From Ranitomeya imitator (taxonomy: Eukaryota), in NCBI RefSeq assembly GCF_032444005.1, contig NC_091291.1:10788001-10834932 (forward strand): DNA of 46,932 nt, read 5' to 3'. This document shows positions 1 through 16,757 of the stretch, one piece after another. The translations under genes and the position numbers were made by a program. How positions within the stretch are numbered: the first letter of the stretch is position 1; the number at the start of each line of letters is the position of its first letter. The notes beneath the pieces are model-generated. The model was not told the DNA's origin. It saw nothing but the letters and a program-made list of their open reading frames with translations, and did no database searches.

Positions 1-427
1 TGTACATAGGGGCAGTATTATAGTAGTTATATTCTTGTACATAGGAGCAGTATTATAGTAGTTATATTCTTGTACTTAGGGGCAGTATTATAGTAGTTAT
101 ATTCTTGTACATAGGAGCAGTATTATAGTAGTTATATTCTTGTACATAGGGGCAGTATTATAGTAGTTATATTCTTGTACATAGGGGCAGTATTATAGTA
201 GTTATATTCTTGTACATAGGAGCAGTATTATAGTAGTTATATTCTTGTACATAGGAGCAGTATTATAGTAGTTATATTCTTGTACATAGGAGAAGTATTA
301 TAGTAGTTATATTCTTGTACATAAGGGGCAGTATTATAGTAGTTATATTCTTGTACATAGGGGCAGTATTATAGTAGTTATATTCTTATACATAGGGGCA
401 GTATTATAGTAGTTATATTCTTATACA
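1..427. repeat. 35-bp tandem minisatellite (TGTACATAGGGGCAGTATTATAGTAGTTATATTCT), ~12 copies, truncated by the window edge; lies in protease intron 3
   Basis: Period 35 read directly (units at 1, 36, 71...; one 36-bp unit at 316). Confidence 0.97.
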
Positions 428-477
428 GTTCTTGCTGATAATTGCACACTGTTGGTTATCTGTATTTTTGTTGTTAC

Positions 478-3400
478 CCTGAGGACTGGTAGTTGTTCCC
501 CATCCTGAGATCAGACAGTTGTCACAATGCTCCAGTGTCTCAATGTCGCACAATGAAATAATATTCACATATTCATTAAGTCTAGCTGGTGTTGCCAGCT
601 TCAGGAGCATAATGTCATTGTCGTATGTCTGTAAGCTGTAGTTCTCGTGAGGACATATTTTTGCGGCATACGTAAACTGCTCTGTTCCCTCATCCACGTT
701 CAGATTATGTTCTCCAAGCCGAACCTGAATATTCCTATTGAACAAAGATAACATAACATTAGAAAAGTGAGAATAGAAATCACAGGCTCTCCCCTCTGTT
801 GGAATGAATCCCCAAACAGATGTCAAAGGTGAACCACATCTTCGGGCGATGTCCAGAATGGTGAAGACACTTTGTATTTGTCAAATTCAATTTATTTGAA
901 AAAACCATGAATAATAAAGATTTTTTCATACTTGTGATAATTAAGAAAGCATGAAAAACTTAAATAGGTATTAAAATCACAACACATTTCTTGCTCTAGA
1001 AGAGCCTTTGTCAGGTGTAATAAAAGATGCACCTGAGGAAGGCTCTCCTAGAGCAGAAACATGTTGTGATTTAATGTGGTCACTTCCTCAGGAAGTGACC
1101 ACACGAAACGCGCGTTGGGGTGGGGGAGCACCTTCGTTGTAACTGGGTTACCAATGTAAGTTTCTACTTTTACTCTTCCCTACATACTTTATGTGCACTC
1201 TTTTTAGCAGCACCTTACATTTGATGCACTTTAGCTGTTAGTGGCTCAGGTCCACTGTATCGACTTTGCACACATAATAATTTGTAATGCTCAAAGTCCT
1301 ACAAATTTTCAGTGTTTTTCAGTGTTTAGTAACGGAAAACCAGCATATAGGTAAATATGGCACTTACGATACGTTGCAGTGAGCAGCTGTTAAAACCCAG
1401 AATCCGTTTATGAGCACTCCTCCACAGATAAATTTATCAAAATAGTAGAGTGCCACCTGCCATGGCTGTGAATGCGGGAGACATTCCTCTCCTCCTATAA
1501 TCCGCTCTATGGAATAGCCATGCACTAGTAAAAATACAAAATAACACAGATTAGAATAAAACGTAGACAGACGAAAGTCATGGGTGACTTTAGGGATTGG
1601 TATTCATATTTCCTGCTATATAATACCTTAATTTTGCATTCAGCCATCTATATTTCACCCTTGGATACCAGAGAGCTGAGACCCACTTTCTTTTAAAAGG
1701 AATCATAAATATAGAAATGTATTAAATAAATAAGAAATATAATTGCCCTTCTTTTCAATCTTGTAGACATTCTTCAGTAAACACAGAGGGTAAATATTCT
1801 GCTAATCTTTTCCAAGGAAAGAAGTATATATATATATACAGTGGGGCAAAAAAGTATTTAGTCAGTCAGCAATAGTGCAAGTTCCACCACTTAAAAAGAT
1901 GAGAGGCGTCTGTAATTTACATCATAGGTAGACCTCAACTATGGGAGACAAACTGAGAAAAAAAAATCCAGAAAATCACATTGTCTGTTTTTTTAACAAT
2001 TTATTTGCATATTATGGTGGAAAATAAGTATTTGGTCAGAAACAAACAATCAAGATTTCTGGCTCTCACAGACCTGTAACTTCTTCTTTAAGAGTCTCCT
2101 CTTTCCTCCACTCATTACCTGTAGTAATGGCACCTGTTTAAACTTGTTATCAGTATAAAAAGACACCTGTGCACACCCTCAAACAGTCTGACTCCAAACT
2201 CCACTATGGTGAAGACCAAAGAGCTGTCAAAGGACACCAGAAACAAAATTGTAGCCCTGCACCAGGCTGGGAAGACTGAATCTGCAATAGCCAACCAGCT
2301 TGGAGTGAAGAAATCAACAGTGGGAGCAATAATTAGAAAATGGAAGACATACAAGACCACTGATAATCTCCCTCGATCTGGGGCTCCACGCAAAATCCCA
2401 CCACGTGGGGTCAGAATGATCACAAGAATGGTGAGCAAAAATCCCAGAACCACACGGGGGGACCTAGTGAATGAACTGCAGAGAGCTGGGACCAATGTAA
2501 CAAGGCCTACCATAAGTAACACACTACACCACCATGGACTCAGATCCTGCAGTGCCAGACGTGTCCCACTGCTTAAGCCAGTACATGTCCGGGCCCGTCT
2601 GAAGTTTGCTAGAGAGCATTTGGATGATCCAGAGGAGTTTTGGGAGAATGTCCTATGGTCTGATGAAACCAAACTGGAACTGTTTGGTAGAAACACAACT
2701 TGTCGTGTTTGGAGGAAAAAGAATACTGAGTTGCATCCATCAAACACCATACCTACTGTAAAGCATGGTGGTGGAAACATCATGCTTTGGGGCTGTTTCT
2801 CTGCAAAGGGGCCAGGACGACTGATCCGGGTACATGAAAGAATGAATGGGGCCATGTATCGTGAGATTTTGAGTGCAAACCTCCTTCCATCAGCAAGGGC
2901 ATTGAAGATGAAACGTGGCTGGGTCTTTCAACATGACAATGATCCAAAGCACACCGCCAGGGCAATGAAGGAGTGGCTTCGTAAGAAGCATTTCAAGGTC
3001 CTGGAGTGGCCTAGCCAGTCTCCAGATCTCAACCCTATAGAAAACCTTTGGAGGGAGTTGAAAGTCCGTGTTGCCAAGCGAAAAGCCAAAAACATCACTG
3101 CTCTAGAGGAGATCTGCATGGAGGAATGGGCCAACATACCAACAACAGTGTGTGGCAACCTTGTGAAGACTTACAGAAAACGTTTGACCTCTGTCATTGC
3201 CAACAAAGGATATATTACAAAGTATTGAGATGAAATTTTGTTTCTGACCAAATACTTATTTTCCACCATAATATGCAAATAAATTGTTAAAAAAACAGAC
3301 AATGTAATTTTCTGGATTTTTTTTTCTCAGTTTGTCTCCCATAGTTGAGGTCTACCTATGATGTAAATTACAGACGCCTCTCATCTTTTTAGGTGGTGGA

Positions 3401-4233
3401 ACTTGCACTATTGCTGACTGACTAAATACTTTTTTGCCCCACTGTATATATATATATATATATAAATTTTACATATAAGTCAAATTACAATCAATGAGAG
3501 GATGCAATATTCTTTTGCCTACTTTTGCACTTTTATATTTAGGGATCCTATAAGTTCTATTTAATTTTTAATACACAGTGAAACTGCGCTTGGAATAGAA
3601 ACAAACGCAAAATAATGAAGAATATGGCGAATATTTTCCATACATTTCACCCTAGGATATCAGGGAGCTTAATACATTTTGAGACATAAATGTTCATTTG
3701 TAACTTTATCATTTTAACATGAAATTTTCTGGAATTTTTTATATTTTTCTTTTTTAAATTTTTTACAGTTTTTCAGATCTCTGATGCTGTCAGTGAGTGG
3801 AAAAGTTGGGTGATCGTCCCAAAAAGTTAAAAAAAACTATTTATACCAAAAAGAGGACTGGGGTTAGGCAAGGATAGAGACAGACTGCAGATGGTACCTG
3901 GCCACGAACATGATATTTGCCTTATGCTCCTTCTTATAACTTAATAAAAATCCATAAATAGGTGTTGTAATAAAAAAATCTATCTATTTAACCCCTTACA
4001 GGCAATATAATACACCAGAAAGCTGCTTGTAAAGTGTCAGCGAGACCGTTACTTCCCTGTTTCCTGAGGATCCAGACAGTTAGAACATATACACCATTGA
4101 GATGACGACTCCTGTATGATAATCTTTGGCTTTTTATAATAAATCCCCCCACATCCTATATTTCATGGGTACCCCATATCCTCACCATCTCACCTGCTGA
4201 CCCCAGTAGAGCTGCCGCAAGTAGTAGTAACAT
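478..4233 (-). CDS. Secreted trypsin/kallikrein-like S1A serine protease, coding exons 1-3 (exons 4-5 with the catalytic Ser lie beyond the window start)
   Basis: Exons on the minus strand: 4233-4194 (40 nt, [13 protein letters not shown], donor GTGAG); 1524-1368 (157 nt, VHGYSIER|[45 protein letters not shown], catalytic His in TAAHC, donor GTAAGT); 734-478 (257 nt, [10 protein letters not shown]...DNDIMLLKL...[13 protein letters not shown], catalytic Asp). All junctions are AG/GT; phases 1/2/1 and exon sizes match the trypsin/KLK gene layout. Confidence 0.93.
1030..1068 (+). ncRNA. Minimal type I hammerhead ribozyme motif (Penelope-like-element type), copy 1
   Basis: CAC-CTGAGGA-a-g-GCTCT-cct-AGAGC-a-GAAA-C-AT-GTT/GTG. 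Conserved cores CUGANGA and GAAA; stem II GCTCT/AGAGC; palindromic stem III ACATGT; stem I CAC/GTG; predicted GUU cleavage after 1065. The stem II closing pair is mismatched. Confidence 0.6.
1084..1120 (+). ncRNA. Second, core-mutated minimal hammerhead motif
   Basis: TTC-CTCAGGA-a-GTG-acca-CAC-GAAA-CGCGCGTT-GGGG. Stem II GTG/CAC; palindromic ACGCGCGT stem III; core reads CUCA instead of CUGA. Confidence 0.5.
1839..3444 (+). mobile_element. Full-length Tc1-family DNA transposon (1606 bp) in protease intron 1
   Basis: ~208-bp terminal inverted repeats (1839-2046 / 3237-3444, starting CAGTGGGGCAAAAAAAGTATTTAG) with only a couple of mismatches seen; inserted in a (TA)n run; intact transposase ORF. 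Confidence 0.97.
2206..3228 (+). CDS. Tc1 transposase, 340 aa, intact DD34E
   Basis: Paired-like HTH N-terminus, GAPRK (GRPR-like) linker, WSDETK, QHDND-(34 aa)-E in [11 protein letters not shown]. Confidence 0.97.
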   Translation: MVKTKELSKDTRNKIVALHQAGKTESAIANQLGVKKSTVGAIIRKWKTYKTTDNLPRSGAPRKIPPRGVRMITRMVSKNPRTTRGDLVNELQRAGTNVTRPTISNTLHHHGLRSCSARRVPLLKPVHVRARLKFAREHLDDPEEFWENVLWSDETKLELFGRNTTCRVWRKKNTELHPSNTIPTVKHGGGNIMLWGCFSAKGPGRLIRVHERMNGAMYREILSANLLPSARALKMKRGWVFQHDNDPKHTARAMKEWLRKKHFKVLEWPSQSPDLNPIENLWRELKVRVAKRKAKNITALEEICMEEWANIPTTVCGNLVKTYRKRLTSVIANKGYITKY

Positions 4234-4267
4234 TTCTGACGACTGAGAATTTTGCACTAGCACTTTC

Positions 4268-4275
4268 CTATTTAA
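4268..4275 (-). promoter_or_regulatory. TATA-like box (TTAAATAG) of the protease gene
   Basis: About 40 nt upstream of the ATG at 4233; an Inr-like TCAGTCG lies between them. Confidence 0.4.
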
Positions 4276-4509
4276 CCAGCGCTTTTGATTAAGTGGTGAA
4301 TTATTAACATTTCCAACTTTTCACATTGACATAACATCCCGTGGACTATAGAAATCAAGATTTTCATTATTAATGTCATGGGCTTTTGAGGATTAGCCAG
4401 AAAGTGACTAATGTGGGACTTATGGAGGAGTCCTATGCAAGCTCCCCTCCTGCTATACAAAAATTTGCCAAAAAATACTGTAGGTAAATTAGCAAAAAGA
4501 GTGACAACA

Positions 4510-5100
4510 TGTCACGGGGCTACCGCGACAGAGAGGTTCCAGATAACCGCAGCGCTCTGGGCCTCGTTCACACACGATGAACAGAAGCTCTTCTCCTGAA
4601 TTCTGACCTGGCTGTCTTGTGCCAGCAGGGCAGGAGTTAAACCTTGTTACTGAAGTTGCTGAGAGCTATGTCTCTCAGCTGATTTGGTTTTAGTAATCTC
4701 TGCTCCTTTATAGACTCAGCTTTGTCTACAACTGTTGTCAGTGATCAGTTCTGCTGCCTGGCTTGGAGGTTGAAGGAGCGTGGCATTAGGAGCTTGGAGG
4801 TTTATTTACAGAGATTGTTGTCTGCTGTTTTGGTTGCATGTTAAACCTGTTTTCCTTCCTAGTTTTTTCCTTCTCTTCCCTTATATGTGTTACCTCTGTG
4901 GTTGTGTGAGCATTTGGTGAGTTTGAGACTTTTAGTTACCTTGTCTGTATACCCTGTTTAATTGTCGTATTTATACACTGGTGCAGTCCACCTCCCTTGG
5001 GGGGAGAGGGGGCCACTGAAAGGGCCTGCACAGGAGACAGGGATGCACTGGCGGCTCAGGCCTCCTAACCATTATAGGTACCCCTGAGATAAGGGAAAAT
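4510..5100 (+). mobile_element. Solo-LTR-like fragment of a Gypsy family, 3' end decayed
   Basis: Begins TGTCACGG. Shares layout and short motifs (TCTCAGCTG...CTCCT(T/A)TATA, T-rich U5, G-rich ...CCCCTGAGATAAGGGAAA) with the reverse complement of the LTR at 16066-16757. No terminal CA or TSD found. Confidence 0.5.
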
Positions 5101-6147
5101 CACCTCCCCTTGCCCAATCATCTTAGTGCTTGATACAAGGAATGGTACAACACTTAAAAAGTTCCTAACACAAGAATATGAAATCTGTGCTTCACCCTTG
5201 GGCATGTTGGGAGTTGAGGATAAGTTATACCAAGTTATGGGTGGTAACTGAGTCAGAATTATTTTAGAGAGACCACTGACCAAATACACTAATCATTGCT
5301 GAGCATCAATCAGCGGCTGGATAGATAAGCATTAAAATTAATTATTAATCAATAGGGGAAGAAAAAAAGTTTAATTATCTCATCGTATTATTAAAATTAG
5401 ATACTAGTTATTTTGCTACTCTCATTAAATTCAGTGGCTGAGTTGCTAACAGGACTCATAGATTATTTTATTTCACCTCCGGCTGCATCACTAATACCTG
5501 AATAAACACAAGCGGAATTATCTCTCCACGACACAAGTTTGCCACCTGTGCTTTTCCCAGGGACTTACTGATACAAGTGTGACCACATCCAAGGTCCCAG
5601 GATACAGATTTGGCACCAGAATTATAAGTTAGATAAATAACCTGATAGATATAAACCCCCAGGATTATATGCCAACAGCAACTTGACAACACACAGTATC
5701 AATAATATTTAGTACAAAACATGTGTCAGGAATAGAAAAGATGCACATGATCACTTATCCTGTATCAAAAATATGTAAAGTTGTTATTCACAGTATTGAT
5801 ATGATGACACATCCCCAAGATAAGTATCAAAATTAGATAGGCGATGGGTGCCAATCATCAATCACTGCTGATTAGGACAAGGGACTTGAAGTTGAGAGCA
5901 CTGTTGACTTTGAGGGAAGCGATTGCTACAGGAACGTGTGGGGGTCACAGATACTCAGCTACAAAACTTAAAATTCTTTCCAATTTACCTTTGGTGTGAA
6001 CAAGTATTAACACTAAACAATTATTGTTTACAGATTTGTATTGACTGCAAAACGATTCTACAAACGTTGATCAAAGGTCAAAACAGAGAGGTTTCTTTTA
6101 TTTATTAAATGTATGTTGAACCATAGTAGCAATTAAATTTTTTACTT

Positions 6148-6750
6148 TATTATTTACACCCTAGGATATCAGGGAGCTGAGGATAGATGTTCGTGATAGA
6201 AAACACACAATAGTAATGACATTTCAATTTATTATTTACATTCTAGGATATCAGAGAGCTGGGGATAGATGTTCATTATAGAAAACACACAGTAGTAATC
6301 AAATTTCAATTTATTATTTACACTCTAGGATATCCCGGAGCTGAGGATAGATGTTCATTATAGAAAACACACAGTAGTAATGTATTTTCAGTTTATTATG
6401 TACACCCTAGGATATCAGGGAGCTGATAGATGTTCATTATAGAAAACACACAGTAGTAATCAAATTTCAATGTATTATTTACACCCTAGGATATCAGGGA
6501 GCCAAGGATAGATGTTCATTATAGAAAACACAGTAGTAATGAATTTCCAGTTCATTATTTACACCCTAGGATATCAAGGAGTTGAGGATATATGTTCATT
6601 ATAGATAACACACAGTAGTAATGGATTTTCAGTTTATTATTTACACCCTATAATATCAGGGAGCCAAGGATAGATGTTTATTATAGAAAACACACAGTAG
6701 TGATGAATTCCCAGTTTACTATTCACACCCTAGGATATCAGAGAGCTGTG
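6148..6750. repeat. ~82-bp tandem repeat, ~8 core copies (TATTTACACCCTAGGATATCAGGGAGCTGAGGATAGATGTTCATTATAGAAAACACACAGTAGTAAT...)
   Basis: Units start near 6151, 6233, 6315, 6397 and onward; single core copies also occur at 1651-1680 and 3644-3669. Confidence 0.92.
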
Positions 6751-6751
6751 G

Positions 6752-7400
6752 AAGGTAGTCCACTAGCAACACGCCCTCCTTATCTCAGAACACAGACACC
6801 ATCAACTTAGTGGCTGATTTTTTTCACCCTAATCTTCTCTGGACGAGGAGAACAACTGTGCCTCCACTCTTTTAACTGCTCCTTGGTTTGAGGGTCATAG
6901 AAATAAATCCAGATCTTCTCCATAGTGACGGGTCGATCCAGGAAGTTCTTATCAGTCTGGAAATGCTGACAAATGGACCGGGAAGTTTTCACTCGCATGC
7001 TTTTCTGATCTGTTGTCAAACACTTGCGGACCCATTTTGCAGATAGCGTCTTCATGTCTAAATGTTCATGGATAATTATACAAACATGTTCATGGGAAAT
7101 CCCCATGATGTCTACTATTGCTTTAGCTGAAATTCGCTGATTCTCCAGTATAAGGTTGGGCATAGCATCGACAATCTCCGGAACAACAACCACTCTCGGT
7201 TGTCCAGGACGTTCCGCATCGTTGGTGCTGAAGGGGCTCGTTTTAAATTTGGAAACCCAGTAGAATATGAAGGGCATTGATCCCCCAATGTCTGTGAGAT
7301 ATCACCATGAATATCCCTTGCGGACTTTCCTTGCAGAAACAAGAACTTTATGACTCCTCTGCTCTCATTTACTGTGAATATCACATATTGTTCTAGTTTG
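6752..7400 (-). mobile_element. Degenerate mariner (DD34D-type) transposase fragment
   Basis: Frameshifted pieces: SRGVIKFLFLQGKSARDIHG; ERPGQPRVVV...ISAKAI; LSAKWVRKCLT (WVPHEL-like); VTMEKIWIYFYDPQTKEQLKEWRHSCSPRPEK; SATKLMVSVF*DKEGVLLVDYL. No TIRs identified. Confidence 0.85.
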
Positions 7401-8902
7401 TTTGTTTGCAACAATGGAGCATTTTTGCCCCCATGTGAACGATTTCTCTTGTGAACAGAACCCCAGAAACCTTTTTTTTACATTGGACTCGATCCTCCAG
7501 TCTTTAATGATCCAGTTCCTCAGTCTTGGATACAAATGTGATGCTCAGACATAAGTGTATGTTTTCCTGAATATGCAAATTGACTCTTATGAGAAAAAGA
7601 ATCCTTCTGACTTACGACGTGGAGGAAGCTCTTATGTATCTTGGAAACACGTTCTGCATCCTGCTACATTTCTCACCAAGCAAAGAAGAAAAGCAAATGA
7701 AATAGAATTAAAGGATAAACCCGATATTTGGCAATAACTATGGCCGAGCTCCAACAAAAATGAACCAGGCGGAAAGAGAAAGAAAAGTTTCGTTTTATTA
7801 TCTCTTCTTAAAGGGAAAGTTCACTTTTTTTTGCATCGTCAGAGGATACAGTGAGAAGTTAGAGTGTGGAGTAGTGTGACCCCCATTGATCACAATAAAG
7901 ATGGACCCAATGGTGTATGTTGAAAAAATGGGCAAAAAAAGAAAAGTCATCACGGTAATGGGTATAGTTACCCCAGACAGAAAAAAAACTTTTTCTGCTT
8001 TCCCTGTTAATAAAGTTAGCCCTTTGCTCAAACTTGGGGTATTTGCTAAGTTGATGGTATTAAAACAATCTAAATGTTGATTATAAACAGATGGGTCTGC
8101 AATGGACCAAGTAACAGACTAAGATATTAACAGTCAAAGTCAAGGTTACTTCTCCAATAGAATTAAAATATATATTCTAATAAAAATGTCCGACGCGTTT
8201 CACGATCCCACTTCTACATTGCAAGTGAATGGGGACACATTGTAACTCCCGAGAGTATTGGAACTGCAACAAGCAAGTTCCGAGAGGTGCGACCTCTAAT
8301 TTTCTGCTTTGTATCCTATTTACTTCATTTTCAGAAGAACACCTTATCTAAAGTAGCCAAGCCTGCTGGAATTTCTTGTTCCTCCATCAATCAAAAATGT
8401 TGGTGGAAAAGGATGATTGGGCATGTTGGATTTTAATATGTCTGATCTTTCTGTTCCTAATTGGACGATACCTTTAATGTTTGGATTGAAAGCGAGAGTA
8501 TGTGAACTGGTGGACTGCAGACGTATCCTCGAAATCTCAAAAAACATTATCACAGTCGATTTTCAGATGAGCAAAACTTCCAGACATTTTACCTAGAAGA
8601 CGTTCAATATAAAGGCTCGTTCGCACCTGCAGATTCTTTAAATCTAATTATTGCTCAATATTCTTAATTACTTATAAATCTGAGGTTTTATTCTCATTTA
8701 TTAAAAGTTGCAAAATCCGGATTTGTAGAAAATGGTGAATCATTGTTTGATAAGGGCAGAGCGGCGTGAGAGGAGACAATATGGCCATGTTTTTTCACTA
8801 TTTAAATACATCAATATTATTATTACATGCTGTGTACACTTCTTCACACATGCAAAGCTTAAAATCTGCTGTAACATCATGTCTCCACCCCGGGGCATTT
8901 AA

Positions 8903-8962
8903 TATATAAAATGATATCGTGCCTGAGTGTCCTCAGTCTCTGATCGATCAGACTATAGAGAG
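8903..8962 (+). promoter_or_regulatory. Gene A core promoter and short non-coding exon 1 (TATA 8903-8910, Inr TCAGTCT 8933-8939, donor after 8962)
   Basis: TATATAAA lies 32 nt before the Inr A. GATCGATCAGAC...AGAG|GTAAGAGCATTT is conserved in gene B (22274-22306). Confidence 0.65.
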
Positions 8963-9314
8963 GTAAGAGCATTTCCTCCAGCTGCGACATCATCCCTTAC
9001 AGGTGCACTTTCTCACTTGGTCAGGTGGAGCAGATGACTTACTAGGATAATCTCCAACTTAAAAAAACAAAATATATAAAATATCTAATTTTGGGGGGTT
9101 TGCTGACGCATTTTGCCCCATATCCTAATATGCACATGGATTTGGACTTCTCTTTTGCTATGGAGATATGGGGGAATAAAAGTAGAAGTGACCCCAAGAC
9201 CTGATGCTCAGGAGGGCAACAAAATGACTAAATGGAATATTTACCAACTTCAGGACTTTATTAATAAATATTTTCTTTTTCCCCTTTCAGTATTTTGGAT
9301 AGAACTTAGTCAAC

Positions 9315-15754
<6,440 letters not shown>

Positions 15755-15997
15755 GACAATGGCGTCAAGACGTCGTCCGCCATAACATATGATATCCCAG
15801 ATCTGTACAAGTGTAACATCAAATCTAGTCACAGCCGTGGGCAACCTATGGGGCAATCAATGGCAGAATAAGTCTTAAAGAATGGTGGGAAGATCTCCTT
15901 ATGGTCCTTCTCGTCTAAACCCCCACTTATATAAACACTAGTCATTGTTTCAAGTGAGTGATATAAACTGTATTTCATATACAGAGGATCATGCAAT

Positions 15998-16003
15998 AAT
16001 AAA
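15998..16003 (+). terminator. Polyadenylation signal of gene A
   Basis: AATAAA 244 nt after the stop; the downstream context (CTTCTGACCA..GTG.CG.GTCCTC) is conserved in gene B. Confidence 0.7.
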
Positions 16004-16065
16004 ACACTTCTGACCACGTGTCGTGTCCTCAGTATATACATTGGATAAGTCAGTAATATTGGATT

Positions 16066-16757
16066 TGTCATGACTCTGTTGACGGGTGTCCCGGGACGAG
16101 GAGCTCCTTCTCTTTCCCTAAAGCTAGGGGGCGCACTAGCTCGCTCTGTTCCCTGGGTTACTTCTGATGGTGAAGACACCGGGGCCACGTACCTAGCGTT
16201 AGCTCCAGAATCCACCCTCAGTCTGCACTTTTCCCCCACCCAGGGAAGAGGGGAGTAGTGGTGTACTTTAATAAACCAACCAGACTAACAAGGTAATACA
16301 AAAAGGGGTAAAGGAAAATACCAAACATGCAAATATACACACACATATAACTGAGGAACGCACCAGGGAGTGGAGGATGGTGTTAATGCAAAGTAGGAGA
16401 AGAAAGGGAATTATAACACACTAAAAATCTAGCAACAGTCACAGATAAATCCACCAAACACCTTCTCCAATAACAACCAACAACAACCTCCAACAATGCA
16501 GCATAAGCTAACTCTGACAATGAGTGCTAGCCAGAGCCCAGATTATATAGGAGAAGGGAGTGGCTGACAGTGAACAGCTGAGAGCCTTAATGCAGGAAAT
16601 CTCCAGGAGCTCTCAACACAGTAGAGTAACCCCTGCACTGCTAAAAGAAACCGGCACCATTTAATATGAAGGTGAAATGCTTCTAATCAGCACAGGAGTA
16701 GGAGAAATCAGACGCTGCAGTCTCCTGGCTCCTCTCTGTCACGGAAAACCTGTGACA
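16066..16757 (-). mobile_element. 3' LTR (692 bp) of the Ty3/Gypsy element
   Basis: TGTCA...TGACA termini; preceded on the minus strand by a polypurine tract AGAACGGGGGGTAG (16758-16771). Confidence 0.88.

Noticed and set aside
413-826. 137-aa single-exon ORF as a complete protein
   Set aside because: Only 478-734 is exonic; the flanks are intron read-through bounded by AG/GT.
2115-2855. 246-aa antisense ORF, and similar ORFs at 37976-38900
   Set aside because: Shadow frames of the Tc1 transposases.
7618-8222. Further hammerhead-like remnants: GGAGGAAG...GAAACACGTT (7618-7656, +) and TGTAGAAG...GAAACGCGTC (8188-8222, -)
   Set aside because: The CUGANGA core and stem II are too decayed to call; at most these are relics of the same repeat class.
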